Source: Alphaproteobacteria bacterium (GTDB taxonomy: Bacteria; Pseudomonadota; Alphaproteobacteria; MPNO01). From it: a stretch of DNA of 64,000 bases. The position numbers and the translations under genes were made by a program. Location of the stretch: assembly GCA_964291675.2 (NCBI GenBank), contig OZ219866.1, positions 2,880,001 through 2,944,000 on the forward strand. Direction: 5' to 3'. This document shows positions 1 to 10,105 of the stretch, one piece after another. Within the stretch, counting starts at the first letter, position 1. Each line of letters begins with the position of its first letter. The notes beneath the pieces were generated by a model, which did not search any database, had not been told where the DNA came from, and saw nothing but the letters and a program-made list of their open reading frames with translations.

Positions 1-1436
1 TCTCCCGCCTCTCCAACCGGTTGGCCAACGCGCTGGCCGCGAACGGCGTCTGCCGCGGCGACCGGGTCGCCGTGATGGCGGGGCAGAGCGTCGAGACCGG
101 GCTCGCCCATCTCGCGATCTACAAGCTGGGCGCGGTCGCGCTGCCGCTGTTCGCGCTGTTCGGCGCGCAGGCGATCGAGCACCGGCTCCGCGATTCGGGC
201 GCCAAGGCGCTGATCGCCAACGCCGAGGGACGCGCGAAGATCGCCGGGCTGGACCTGCCGGCGCTCTCGCTGACGGTCGCGGAGGACTTTTGGGATTTTC
301 TCGAACGCGGCCGGGACCGGTTCGGGATCGCGGCGACCGGCCCGGACGATCCGGCGCTGCTGATGTACACCTCGGGCACCACGGGACCGCCCAAGGGCGC
401 GCTGCACGGCCACCGGGTGCTGCCCGGCCATCTGCCCGGCGTCGCCCTGCCGCACGAGTTCTTCCCGCGGAAGGGCGATCTGTTCTGGACGCCGGCGGAC
501 TGGGCCTGGGCGGGCGGGTTGCTCGACGTGCTGCTGCCGTCCTGGGCCGCGGGCGTGCCGGTGCTGGCGAGTCCCGCCGGAAAGTTCGACCCCGAGCAGG
601 CATTCGCCATGCTCGCCCGGCACCGCGTGCGCAACGCCTTCCTGCCGCCGACGGCGCTCAAGATGATGCGCCAGGCACCGGCAGCCGCCCGGCGCCGGCC
701 CGGCATCGCGATGCGCTCGATCGGCAGCGGCGGCGAGAGCCTCGGCGAAGACCTGCTCGACTGGGGGCGGGAGGCGTTCGGCCTGACGATCAACGAGTTC
801 TACGGCCAGACCGAATGCAATCTGGTGCTCGGCAATTGCGCCGGGCTCGAGAAGGTGAGGCCGGGCTGGCTGGGCCGCGCGATCCCCGGCCACGAGGTCG
901 CGGTGCTGGATGCCGGGGGGCGCAAGATGCCGCCGGGCGAGACCGGCGAGATCGCGATCCGCCGCCCCGACCCGGCGATGTTCTTGGGCTACTGGCGGAA
1001 CGAGGCGGCGACCGCGGCGAAGTTTCGCGGCGACTGGCTGCTCACCGGCGATCTGGGCCTCTGCGGCGAAGACGGCAGGTTCCGCTTCGTCGGGCGCGAG
1101 GACGACGTCATCTCCTCGGCCGGCTACCGCATCGGACCGGGCGAGATCGAGGCATGCCTGGCGGGCCACAAGGCGGTCGCGATGGCCGCCGCCGTCGGGG
1201 TCCCGGACGCGCTGAGGGGCGAGATCGTCAAGGCCTTCGTGGTGCTGCGCCGGGGCGAGGCGGCGACCCCGGCGCTGGAGGCCGCGCTCCGCAGCCATGT
1301 CCGCGAGCGGCTGTCGGCGCACGAATACCCCCGCGAGGTCGAGTTCGTGGCCGAGCTCCCGATGACCGCCACCGGCAAGATCCGCCGCGGCGATCTGCGC
1401 CTGAGCGAACGCGGGAAGGGCAATCGGCCCAGCTAG
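1..1436 (+). CDS. AMP-binding acyl-CoA synthetase, 5'-truncated by the window edge
   Basis: YTSGTTGPPKG, YGQTE, TGDLG and GKIRR adenylate-forming motifs. Confidence 0.92.
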   Translation, partial: SRLSNRLANALAANGVCRGDRVAVMAGQSVETGLAHLAIYKLGAVALPLFALFGAQAIEHRLRDSGAKALIANAEGRAKIAGLDLPALSLTVAEDFWDFLERGRDRFGIAATGPDDPALLMYTSGTTGPPKGALHGHRVLPGHLPGVALPHEFFPRKGDLFWTPADWAWAGGLLDVLLPSWAAGVPVLASPAGKFDPEQAFAMLARHRVRNAFLPPTALKMMRQAPAAARRRPGIAMRSIGSGGESLGEDLLDWGREAFGLTINEFYGQTECNLVLGNCAGLEKVRPGWLGRAIPGHEVAVLDAGGRKMPPGETGEIAIRRPDPAMFLGYWRNEAATAAKFRGDWLLTGDLGLCGEDGRFRFVGREDDVISSAGYRIGPGEIEACLAGHKAVAMAAAVGVPDALRGEIVKAFVVLRRGEAATPALEAALRSHVRERLSAHEYPREVEFVAELPMTATGKIRRGDLRLSERGKGNRPS

Positions 1437-1496
1437 GCCGCATTTCCCGCCACTGTCACGGCCTGCGTCGCGCCCGGGCGCGACCCTCCGGGCGGC
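1433..1496. mobile_element. Partial copy of the MITE-like element at 59371-59638
   Basis: ATTTCCCGCCACTGTCACGGCCTGCGTCGCGCCCGGGCG nearly identical to 59378-59416, then CGACCCTCCGGGCGGC matching 59498-59513. Confidence 0.75.
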
Positions 1497-1810
1497 ATGA
1501 CAGTCGCCCTCGACCCGCCTTCGCCGCGATTCTCCAGCGAGATGTTCCCGCCGTGACCGCTGACGATGGTCCGCGCGATGGCGAGGCCCGAACCAGCGCC
1601 GCCCGTATCGCGGCTCCGTGACTCGTCGAGCCGGGCGAAAGGCTCGAACACCCGCCCCCGGTCCGCCTCCGGGATGCCGGGTCCTCGGTCCTCGACGCCG
1701 CCGCCGGGACCCGTGTCGTCTTGCGCAATCCGAACCGTCGCGCGGACGCCATGGATGCTCGCGTTCTCCGGCAGGTGGCGGAAGGCGCGGCGCATCGCGA
1801 TCGGCCGGCA
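1433..1810 (-). pseudogene. Degenerate sensor histidine kinase C-terminal (HATPase_c) remnant
   Basis: Translation contains VEDRGPGIPEADRGRVFEPFARLDESRSRDTGGAGSGLAIARTIV (G1/F/G2 boxes); N box is degraded and no intact upstream HisKA domain is visible. Confidence 0.75.
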
Positions 1811-2183
1811 GGAGATCGGCGAGGTCGACGGCCACGCTGTGGGGCAGCACCGCTGCCAACGCCAACAGCTGCGACGCCGTCGGCCAGTTCGGCGGTACCA
1901 ACCAGGCCGGCGCCGTCGGCCACGCCTCGGGAACGGATTTCCGGTCGGTGTTCTGCGGAAACAAGGACTGAACCGGCGCGGCGCCCATGGCCTTCCTTTG
2001 CCGCCGCGCCTCCGGGGCGGCCCGCCGTCATCTACCCGCGGCCGGCCGTCCCCATTCCCCTTGCGGCGCCGTCCGAGCCGGGTTTCGGGAGACGTTGAGA
2101 CGCCATCCTTTAGCACATTGAAATCGCGTCAATAATCGGGATCATGCGCGCGCACGGCCAATTCACGGTTCACAGGAGCCGCC

Positions 2184-2465
2184 ATGCACAGGTTGAGCAC
2201 GAAGCGCCCCTTTGCGAAGGTGGGCAGCCCGCTCCGAAGTCTGGTCTCCGCGACAACGGTTCTCTGGCTCACCCTGTCCTTCGTCCAGGCGGCGGCATCC
2301 GCTCCGGGCCTCGCCCGCCCGAACGAAGAGGGAATTCTGAATTTCGGCTTCCACGCTCATCTCGACCCGGTGAGCTACAGCGCCGGCCAGGTCGACGCGA
2401 TCGCGAAAGACGGCCCCTCGGCGTTCATGCGTCGCGCCCGCCAAGCGTCCGCTGGGAATTCGTAG
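2184..2465 (+). pseudogene. Short exported-protein ORF, possibly a truncated or internally deleted solute-binding protein
   Basis: Signal-peptide-like N-terminus (…LWLTLSFVQAAASA), then LNFGFHAHLDPVSYSAGQVDAIA, reminiscent of periplasmic binding proteins; only 93 aa. Confidence 0.35.
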
Positions 2466-2604
2466 CCACGGCGGCGGCGGTGTTGTTGCTCGACCGGCAC
2501 GCGGTCGATGGGGCGCTCTCCGGCGCGACGATCCAGCGGCACCGGCAGTCCATGTCGGAACGGGCAGGGGGTGGTGTCCGTTGCCGAATAGCCCGGGGAA
2601 CGCG

Positions 2605-4014
2605 ATGAAGGGTCTGGCGGATTCCTTCGCCCTCTACTTCGAGCGGCGGATGGCCCGCATTCTCCTTCTCGGAATCGTCAGCGGATTCCCCTGGGTGCTC
2701 ATCGGGAGCAGCCTCACCCTCTGGCTGAAGGAAGACGGGCTCAGCCGCGGCACCATCGGCTGGGCCGGCCTGATCTTCGGCGTCTACGCGTTCAACTTTC
2801 TCTGGGCCCCGCTGATCGATCGCCTGCGGCTGCCGTGGCTCTCGCGGCGGCTCGGACAGCGCCGCGCCTGGATCCTGGTGCTCCAGGCGGCGATCCTCGT
2901 GTGTCTCGCGCTGTGGAGCGCGCTGGATCCTTCCGAGAGCCTCGGAGCGGTCATCGCGGTCGGTCTCGCCGTCGCGGTGGCGTCAGCGACCCAGGACATC
3001 GCGATCGACGCGCTGCGTATCGAGCAAATGGAGAGGACCGAGGGCGAGGCGATGGCCGCCGGCGCGGCCGTTGCGGTGGTCGGCTGGTGGAGCGGCTTCA
3101 AGCTCGGCGGCATCGTCGCCCTGGAGACCGCCGCGGCCTTCCAGACCGCGGGCGTGGAGAGCTACTGGCAGGCGACGTTCCTCGTGCTCGGGATCGCGGT
3201 GGTGCTCTGCAATGTCGGCCTCTTGTTCGTGCGGGAGGCCCGGGCGACGGAACGAATAGCCGCCCAGGCGGAGGACGAGGAGCGCATCGCCGCGCGGCTG
3301 CACGTGTCCGGGCCGTTCGGCCGCGCCGCCGCCTGGCTCGGCGGCACCGTCGTCGGCCCCGTCATGCGCTTCTTCGAGAAGAACGGGTTCGCGATCGCCG
3401 CGGCGGTGCTGGGCTTCGTCTTCCTGTTCAAGATCGGCGAAGCCTTCATGGGGCGCATGTCGCTCGTCTTCTACACCGAGATCGGCTTCACCAAGTCCGA
3501 CATCGCGCTCTATTCGAAGGGTCTCGGCTGGATCGTCACCGTGGGGTTCACGCTGCTGGGAAGCCTCGTCGCGATCCGCATCGGTCTCGTTCGGGCCATG
3601 TTCGCATCCGGCATCGCCATGGCGCTGACCAATCTCATGTTCGCGCTGCTGGCCTGGTCCGGGAAGTCGGAGGCGCTGTTCGCCGCGGCGATCGTGATGG
3701 ACGACCTCACGAGCGCCTTCGCAACGGTCACCTTCGTCGCCTTCATCTCGATGCTGGTGGACCGGACCTATACCGCCACCCAGTACGCCCTGCTGGCTTC
3801 GCTCGGCACCGCGGGCAGAACGCTTCTCGCCGCCGCCTCGGGCGAGCTGGTGGATTGGCTGGAAGGAGACTGGGGCGCCTTCTTCGTCATCACGACGCTG
3901 ATGGTGATCCCCTCGCTGGTGTGCCTCTGGGCGATCCGGCGGAAGCTGCGCGACCTGCTGGCCGGGGCGCGGGTGCGGCTGACGGGAAGGGGCGCGGAGG
4001 ACGCGCCGGGCTAG
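2605..4014 (+). CDS. ampG: AmpG-family muropeptide MFS permease
   Basis: LLLGIVSGFP, FLWAPLID, SATQDIAIDA and TATQYALL motifs; multiple TM segments. Confidence 0.9.
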   Translation: MKGLADSFALYFERRMARILLLGIVSGFPWVLIGSSLTLWLKEDGLSRGTIGWAGLIFGVYAFNFLWAPLIDRLRLPWLSRRLGQRRAWILVLQAAILVCLALWSALDPSESLGAVIAVGLAVAVASATQDIAIDALRIEQMERTEGEAMAAGAAVAVVGWWSGFKLGGIVALETAAAFQTAGVESYWQATFLVLGIAVVLCNVGLLFVREARATERIAAQAEDEERIAARLHVSGPFGRAAAWLGGTVVGPVMRFFEKNGFAIAAAVLGFVFLFKIGEAFMGRMSLVFYTEIGFTKSDIALYSKGLGWIVTVGFTLLGSLVAIRIGLVRAMFASGIAMALTNLMFALLAWSGKSEALFAAAIVMDDLTSAFATVTFVAFISMLVDRTYTATQYALLASLGTAGRTLLAAASGELVDWLEGDWGAFFVITTLMVIPSLVCLWAIRRKLRDLLAGARVRLTGRGAEDAPG

Positions 4015-4152
4015 CGTCTCGGCGCGATACTCCCCGTCCCGGGGCGCTTGCGCGGGGCCGGGTGGAGGACGAACTCGACCGGGACGGCCGTCGAGACCGG
4101 CTCCGTAGCCGCTCGGCGAAACCGCCGGGCGGGGTCGAGCGCCTGCCCGTCC

Positions 4153-5370
4153 CTACCCCGCCGGGAGCCGGGTTCCGGTCTCGAACTCGATCGCCGCCTG
4201 GTGGTCGCCGGCGATCGCGCGCTCGAAGGCGGCGAGGCGCTTGTAGATCGACATCAGCTCGACGATCGTGGTCCACGAGTTGACCAGGAACTGGAACGAG
4301 TTCTCCACCCGCCCGAAGGCGCGGATGATCTGCTGCATCACGCCGAGGGTGAACGCCGCCGAGACGATGGTCGGCCCGAGCGCGATATAGGGCAGGATCA
4401 CGCCGGCCTGGAGGTAGCCGTAGCGCACGACGTTGAAGTAAAGGTAGTTGAGGTAGAGCCGGAAATAGTTGCGCCGCACGTTGGCGAACAGCTCGCCCAG
4501 CGTCGGCGGCTGCGCCCGGTCCTCGCGGTCCTCGCCGATGACCAGCTCCTTGCGGAAGGCGGCCTCGACCCGCTGGTTGCGGAACTCGAGCCCGGGCAGG
4601 CGGTAGCCGGCGAGCGCCAGGATGCCGGTGCCGAACACCGACCACAGTATGGCGACCCAGACCAGCGCGTAGGCGAGCTCGCCGACCACCGGGATCTCCT
4701 TGATGTGGACCGAGAGCCCCCAGAGGATCGGCAGGAAGGCGATCAGCGTCATCACCGCGTCGATGAACCGCACGCCGAGCGATTCCATGATGCCGGCGAA
4801 CCGCATGGTGTCTTCCTGGACGCGCTGCGAGGCGCCCTCGATATGCCGCACGTTCTGCCACAGCTCGACATAGCGGTCGTTCATCGCGGTCCGCCAGCGG
4901 AACACGAAATGGCTGGTGAAGAAGGCGTTCAGGACGGCGGTGACGATGAACACCATGGCGATGATCAGGAAGGTCGCGAGCTGCGCGTAGTAGTCCTCGA
5001 TCGACACCGCGCCGGGCTTGGCGAGCGCCTTCTGGATGGTGTCGTAGAACCGCCCGAACCACTCGTTGATCATCACGTCGAGCTGCACCTGGAACCAGGT
5101 GACGAAGACGATCAGCGCCGAGCCCGCGACCGACCAGAGCGACCATCGGTGCGGCCGGTACCACATCCAGAAGCCGGCGAAGGCGGCATAGGCGAGGAAC
5201 ACGTAGAGATAGACCCAGACCGTCCTCTCCTCGAGGCCGAACAGCCCCGAGAGGCCGGTCGGGTCGCCCCAGTCGGCGGCCACCAGGTGCCAGAACAGCA
5301 GCGCTGTCAGCGCCCACCCCCCGGCCGAGTAGACCAGGGCGCGTGGGCTGGGGAAAAAGCATCCGAACAT
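4153..5370 (-). CDS. sbmA: SbmA/BacA peptide transporter
   Basis: MFGCFFPSP start, FRWRTAMN, HIEGASQRVQEDT, LPGLEFRNQRVEAAFRKELV and SFQFLVNSWTTIVELMSIYKRL. Confidence 0.92.
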   Translation of the reverse strand: MFGCFFPSPRALVYSAGGWALTALLFWHLVAADWGDPTGLSGLFGLEERTVWVYLYVFLAYAAFAGFWMWYRPHRWSLWSVAGSALIVFVTWFQVQLDVMINEWFGRFYDTIQKALAKPGAVSIEDYYAQLATFLIIAMVFIVTAVLNAFFTSHFVFRWRTAMNDRYVELWQNVRHIEGASQRVQEDTMRFAGIMESLGVRFIDAVMTLIAFLPILWGLSVHIKEIPVVGELAYALVWVAILWSVFGTGILALAGYRLPGLEFRNQRVEAAFRKELVIGEDREDRAQPPTLGELFANVRRNYFRLYLNYLYFNVVRYGYLQAGVILPYIALGPTIVSAAFTLGVMQQIIRAFGRVENSFQFLVNSWTTIVELMSIYKRLAAFERAIAGDHQAAIEFETGTRLPAG

Positions 5371-5471
5371 GCGGAGTCCCTTTCGCTAGGGCGACGGGTG
5401 CGCGGGCGTCGTCTCGCCGACGACAAATGCGGAGTTTGCGATACGCGGATGCGCGGAAACGGGGGCGGCGC

Positions 5472-6779
5472 CTAGAGCAGGTTGGGCAGCCAGGTCACCA
5501 CGCCGGGGAAGGCGGCGAAGATCAGCATTCCGATCAGGAAGATGAACACGAACGGCCATGACGCGTTGTAGATGTCCGTCATCGGCACCGATGGCTGAAC
5601 CCCCTTGAAGGCGAACATCGTGTAGCCGAAAGGCGGCGTGATCCCGCCCAGCGTGATGTTGATCAGGAAGAGCAACCAGAACCATATCGGGTCGAAACCG
5701 AGCGGTTGCAAGAGCGGCATGTAGATCGGGATGACCACCAGCATCAGCGCGACCTGGTCGATGAACAGGCAGAGCAGGAAGGGCACCGCCATCAGGATGA
5801 ACAGCAGGACCCAGCGATTGACCTCGACGTCGCTGATGAAGCCGACCAGCGCGGTGGTCGACCCCGAGAAGGCGAGCAGCTGCCCGAACATCTTCGAGCT
5901 CATCATGATGGCGAGGATCATCGCGGTGATCCGCGCCGTCGAATCGCAGGCGTCCCGGATCAGCCGGTAATTCAGCCGGCCGTAGATGCGGGCGACGATG
6001 AGCGTCCCCAGCACCCCGGTGCCGGCCGATTCCTCGGGCGTGGCGATTCCCGCCATGATGGTGCCGAGCACGCCCAGGATGATGATCGTGAAGGGGATCA
6101 TCTTGAGCACCGCGACGCCCCGGTCGCGCCAGGTGACGTCGCCGATATCGTCGGCCACCGCCGGCGCCCGTCCGGGGTCGAGCTTCACCCTGAGCATGAT
6201 ATAGGCGAGGAACAGCCCGGCCAGGATCAGCCCGGGGATGATGCCCGCGATCAGCAGCCTGGCGATCGAGACCTGGGCCAGGCTGCCGATGATGATCACC
6301 AGGATGCTGGGCGGGATGATCGGCGCGAGGCTGGCGCCGGCGAGGATGGTGCCGGTCGAGATGCCGCGGTCGTAGCCGCGCGCGATCAGCCCCGGGAACA
6401 GCGACCGGCCGAGCATCGCCACCACCCCCATCGCCGCGCCCGACAGCGCGCCGAACATGGTCGAGAGCGCGATCGACAGGTAGTAGAGCCGGAGCCGGGA
6501 GCGCCCGACCAGCTTGTCGAGCGAATCGTAGAGCACGTCCATCGCGCCCGAGCGGAACAGGAACTCGCCCATCAGGATGAACAGCGGCACCGCGATCAGC
6601 GTCGGGAAGGTGGTCGTGTCGTACAGGCTGTTGGCGAACATGCCGAACCCGGCCGGGCCGAAATAGACCAGCGTGCCGGCCACGTTGATGATCATGAAGG
6701 CGATGAAGATCGGCGCGCCCGAGAGGAACAGCCCGAGCAGCAGGGTCAGGCCGATGATCAGGACGACATACCACTCCAT
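5472..6779 (-). CDS. TRAP transporter large permease (DctM)
   Basis: AVPLFILMGE, PIIPPS, ATPEE and GGITPPFG motifs. Confidence 0.93.
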   Translation of the reverse strand: MEWYVVLIIGLTLLLGLFLSGAPIFIAFMIINVAGTLVYFGPAGFGMFANSLYDTTTFPTLIAVPLFILMGEFLFRSGAMDVLYDSLDKLVGRSRLRLYYLSIALSTMFGALSGAAMGVVAMLGRSLFPGLIARGYDRGISTGTILAGASLAPIIPPSILVIIIGSLAQVSIARLLIAGIIPGLILAGLFLAYIMLRVKLDPGRAPAVADDIGDVTWRDRGVAVLKMIPFTIIILGVLGTIMAGIATPEESAGTGVLGTLIVARIYGRLNYRLIRDACDSTARITAMILAIMMSSKMFGQLLAFSGSTTALVGFISDVEVNRWVLLFILMAVPFLLCLFIDQVALMLVVIPIYMPLLQPLGFDPIWFWLLFLINITLGGITPPFGYTMFAFKGVQPSVPMTDIYNASWPFVFIFLIGMLIFAAFPGVVTWLPNLL

Positions 6780-6786
6780 CGCCGGG

Positions 6787-7272
6787 TCAGATCCCGGCCT
6801 GGGGTATGCGGTTCAGCGTGCGCACGAAGTAGAGCGAGGCGTTGGCGAGGCCGTAGGGGATGAAGGACGTCACCCACCATTTCGGGATCGCCGTGGTGGT
6901 GTTGGTCAGGATGTCGTTGGCGATCTGCCGCGCCGCCTCCTCGAACGCCATATAGGCGGCGATGGCGCAGACGATGGCGCCGGCGATGGCAGTGATGCGG
7001 GCCACCCAGAGCGCGACCTCGGGCGAGGAGTACTGGAAGATGATGGTCACCGCGACATGACCGCCGTCCTTCACCAGCTGCGGGATGCAGAGGAAGGTCG
7101 CGACCGACAGCATGAAGCTCGACGTGTCGTTGCCCCAGTCGGTGGGCGCGTTGAAGAAGTAGCGCGACGCGACCTCGTAGACATAGAGCACGCCGATCAG
7201 CGCCACCAGGACCACCCCGACGACGAACAGCGCGTAGGTGATCCGGTCGTGGATGCGAAGGACGGCGCTCAT
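6787..7272 (-). CDS. TRAP transporter small permease (DctQ)
   Basis: 4 TM segments, SRYFFNAPTDW, HVAV; lies between DctP and DctM. Confidence 0.9.
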   Translation of the reverse strand: MSAVLRIHDRITYALFVVGVVLVALIGVLYVYEVASRYFFNAPTDWGNDTSSFMLSVATFLCIPQLVKDGGHVAVTIIFQYSSPEVALWVARITAIAGAIVCAIAAYMAFEEAARQIANDILTNTTTAIPKWWVTSFIPYGLANASLYFVRTLNRIPQAGI

Positions 7273-7342
7273 GCCCGCTCACACCGTGCAAGCGTCGGCG
7301 GGCAGCCGGAATACGCCGGCTGCCCGCAACGGTCTTGCCTGG

Positions 7343-8350
7343 CTACTCGGCGACCATGTTCGCCGCCCGCGCCATATCGACGAATTTCTGCCCGTCCGCC
7401 TTGGAGTACTTCACGACGAGATCGAGAACCCCCTCGTTGAACCACTTGCGGACATGCGGGCGGAACTTTTCGGGATAGTCGTGATAGGTGACGCCCAGCG
7501 CCTCGAGCTGCTTCCTTTCCTTGGCGATGAAGTCGTCGAACCACTCGATCGACCAGTATTCGACCTTCTTGGCTTCCTCGACCAGGATGGTCTGCAGCCC
7601 CTTCGGCAGCTTGTTGAAGGCGTTGAGGTTGATCAGCGTGAAGCTGCGCGACACGCCGAGCGTCGGCCGCATCACGTACTTGGCGCCGGCCTCGTAGAAC
7701 TTGGTCGCCAGCAGCCCGTAGACCGGCCAGCAATAGCCGTCGACCACGCCCTTCTCCAGCGCGGTGTAGATCTGGCCGAAGGTGAGCACCACCGGCGAGC
7801 CGCCGAGCTTCTTGATCAGCGGGTGGTAGGTCGAGGTGCCGCGGATCTTGCGCCCCTTGATCCCGGTCTCGGGATCGGGAAGCGACTTGAGCACCATGTG
7901 GTAGCCATCGTGCCCCGTCGGCGTCAGGGCCAGCAGCTTGAGCCCGTGCCGCTTCTCGTAGTTCTTGCTGATGTACTCGAACAGCCCCGATTCGCGCAGC
8001 TTACCGGGGTCGAGCTTGAGCGCGTCGACGCCGATCAGCAGCCCGTTGCTGCCGCCGTGATAGGCGCCGTGGCTGAACAGGAAGTCGAACACGCCGGCCG
8101 AGACCGGGTTGAGCTGCTCCAGCGGCGGCACCACCTCGGGCCCCACCTGGGAGAGCTTGAGCTCGCCGGCGGCGGCCTGCTCCACCTGCTCGTGATACCG
8201 CTCGATGATCCGCACCGCGTCGATGACCGGCGGCCAGCTCCTGAGGATCTTGAGGCTCGATCCGGCGACCGCCTGGGACGCGGCGGTTCCGAGCACGGCG
8301 GCCGTTCCGATGACGATGGCGAGCGACGTCAGCACGCGTCTGGCAGACAT
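7343..8350 (-). CDS. TRAP transporter substrate-binding protein (DctP)
   Basis: Signal peptide MSARRVLTSLAIV…; IKGRKIRG and IYTALEKGVVDG motifs; AAGGGAG RBS. Confidence 0.9.
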   Translation of the reverse strand: MSARRVLTSLAIVIGTAAVLGTAASQAVAGSSLKILRSWPPVIDAVRIIERYHEQVEQAAAGELKLSQVGPEVVPPLEQLNPVSAGVFDFLFSHGAYHGGSNGLLIGVDALKLDPGKLRESGLFEYISKNYEKRHGLKLLALTPTGHDGYHMVLKSLPDPETGIKGRKIRGTSTYHPLIKKLGGSPVVLTFGQIYTALEKGVVDGYCWPVYGLLATKFYEAGAKYVMRPTLGVSRSFTLINLNAFNKLPKGLQTILVEEAKKVEYWSIEWFDDFIAKERKQLEALGVTYHDYPEKFRPHVRKWFNEGVLDLVVKYSKADGQKFVDMARAANMVAE

Positions 8351-8563
8351 GGGCGTTTCTCCCTTCCTGGCTCCCTGGACGACAGGACCCCAATCGTACG
8401 GTTGCAGTACCCGGGAAATCAACCGGACGAAGACGCGGGCGGGCGATCGGGCGGGACGGGAGGCCGACCGCGCCGCCCACCGGAACGGCGGGTCCCGGTT
8501 TGCTATGATGGATGCCGATGACAGGGAAGCGGGGTGCGCGTCATCCCCGCCGGAGACAGCCCG

Positions 8564-9295
8564 ATGCGCGTTCTCGTCCTGCAGCACATCGCCTGCGAGC
8601 ACCCCGGCATCTTTCGCGACTTCATGGCGGAAGACGGCATCGAGTGGCGCGCGGTGGAGCTCGACGAGGGCGAGCCGATCCCCGAGCTCGACTTCTACGA
8701 CGTGCTGGTCAGCATGGGCGGCCCGATGGATGTGTGGCAGAAGGACGAGCATCCCTGGATCGCGGCGGAGCTCGCGGCGATCCGCGAATGGGTGGAGCGA
8801 TCGCGGCGCCCCTTCCTCGGCTTCTGCCTCGGCCACCAGCTGCTCGCGGAAGCGCTGGGCGGCGAGGTGGGGCCGGCCGCGCAGCCGGAGATCGGGGTGA
8901 TGCCGGTGCGGCTCACCGATGCCGGGTGCGCGAGCCCCTTCCTCAGGGACGTCCCCGGGGAATTCCGCTGCCTGCAATGGCACAGCGCGGAGGTCGTCCG
9001 GCCGCCGCCCGGCGCCGAAGTCCTGATCTCTTCGCCCGCTTGCGCGGTCAATGCGATGTCCTGGGCGGACCACGCCTTCTCGATGCAGTTCCATGTCGAG
9101 CTCACCCCCGGCACGGTCTCCGAATGGGGCGAGATCCCGGAATACGCCGCGGCGCTCGAAGCCGCGCTCGGCGCGGGCGCGCTGGCCCGGCTCGACGCCG
9201 CCGCCGCCGCCGACATGCCGGGCTTCGCATCGCTCTCGCGCACCCTCTACCGCAACTTCATGGACGCGGCGCGCCTCAACCCGGCGACTCCGTAG
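8564..9295 (+). CDS. Class I glutamine amidotransferase-like protein
   Basis: MGGPMDV, GFCLGHQ nucleophile elbow, QFHVE (Cys-His-Glu triad). Confidence 0.9.
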   Translation: MRVLVLQHIACEHPGIFRDFMAEDGIEWRAVELDEGEPIPELDFYDVLVSMGGPMDVWQKDEHPWIAAELAAIREWVERSRRPFLGFCLGHQLLAEALGGEVGPAAQPEIGVMPVRLTDAGCASPFLRDVPGEFRCLQWHSAEVVRPPPGAEVLISSPACAVNAMSWADHAFSMQFHVELTPGTVSEWGEIPEYAAALEAALGAGALARLDAAAAADMPGFASLSRTLYRNFMDAARLNPATP

Positions 9296-9358
9296 GGACG
9301 GCGCCGCGCCGGCCCCGGACTGCGATCCAAGCGGCGGGGCGCTTGAGGCAGAGCGTGA

Positions 9359-9387
9359 TTTACACTATATTCTACTATGTAGAGTAT
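9359..9387 (+). promoter_or_regulatory. AT-rich promoter with palindromic operator upstream of the RES TA pair
   Basis: TTTACA at 9359; inverted repeat ATATTCTAC-TAT-GTAGAGTAT at 9367-9387. Confidence 0.55.
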
Positions 9388-9416
9388 CTCATGCATCCCG
9401 TCGGAATTACGCTGCC

Positions 9417-10091
9417 ATGCCCGAGCCGCTGTCGCTGATCGATCTGACGTCCGACGACATCGCGGAGCTTCCCGCCCGGCTGCGCGAGAAGATCGGCGAA
9501 TCGGGCCACGAAACGGCCGCGCCCGCCGAGATGTGGCTGCTCGTGGGCGATGCATCCGAGGGGTTGGCGGAGCTGGTCGAACGCACGGTCGGGACGCTGC
9601 CTTCGCTCGCGGCCGAGCGCCGGGTTCGGCTGACCGAGGCCGATATCGAGAAGCTGCTGGACGTGCTTCTCGCCGGCGCGCCGCGGGCGCAGGTCGAGAC
9701 CGAGCTTGCCGTCGACAATGCCAGGCTGCGCTCCGACTATCTCCGGGAAACCCCGCTCCTGACCGCGGCCGAGATCCGCGCCGCTTCGGGCCTCAACCCG
9801 CGCAACAGGAGCGAGCCCGCCTCGCGCTGGAAACGCGAGGGCAGGCTGTTCGCGGTCCGCCGGTCGGGGATCGACCTCTTCCCGGAATTCCAGCTCGTGG
9901 ACGGGGTGCCGCGGCGGCCCGTGAAGGCGATCCTCGCGGCGCTCCCCGCCGGCATGACCGGCTGGCAGATCGCGATGTGGTTCGCATCGGGCAATGGCTG
10001 GCTCGACGGCGCGGCGCCGCAGGAACGCCTCGCCGACCCCGACTCCGTGGTCGAGGCGGCCCGCAGGCTCGCCGATCCCGCCATCGGCTAG
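9417..10091 (+). CDS. Xre/MbcA/ParS-like antitoxin
   Basis: PASRWKREGRLFAV…LFPEFQL and C-terminal WF…NGWLDGAAP pattern; directly upstream of a RES gene. Confidence 0.75.
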   Translation: MPEPLSLIDLTSDDIAELPARLREKIGESGHETAAPAEMWLLVGDASEGLAELVERTVGTLPSLAAERRVRLTEADIEKLLDVLLAGAPRAQVETELAVDNARLRSDYLRETPLLTAAEIRAASGLNPRNRSEPASRWKREGRLFAVRRSGIDLFPEFQLVDGVPRRPVKAILAALPAGMTGWQIAMWFASGNGWLDGAAPQERLADPDSVVEAARRLADPAIG

Positions 10092-10105
10092 GGCGAGCCC
10101 GGGTC

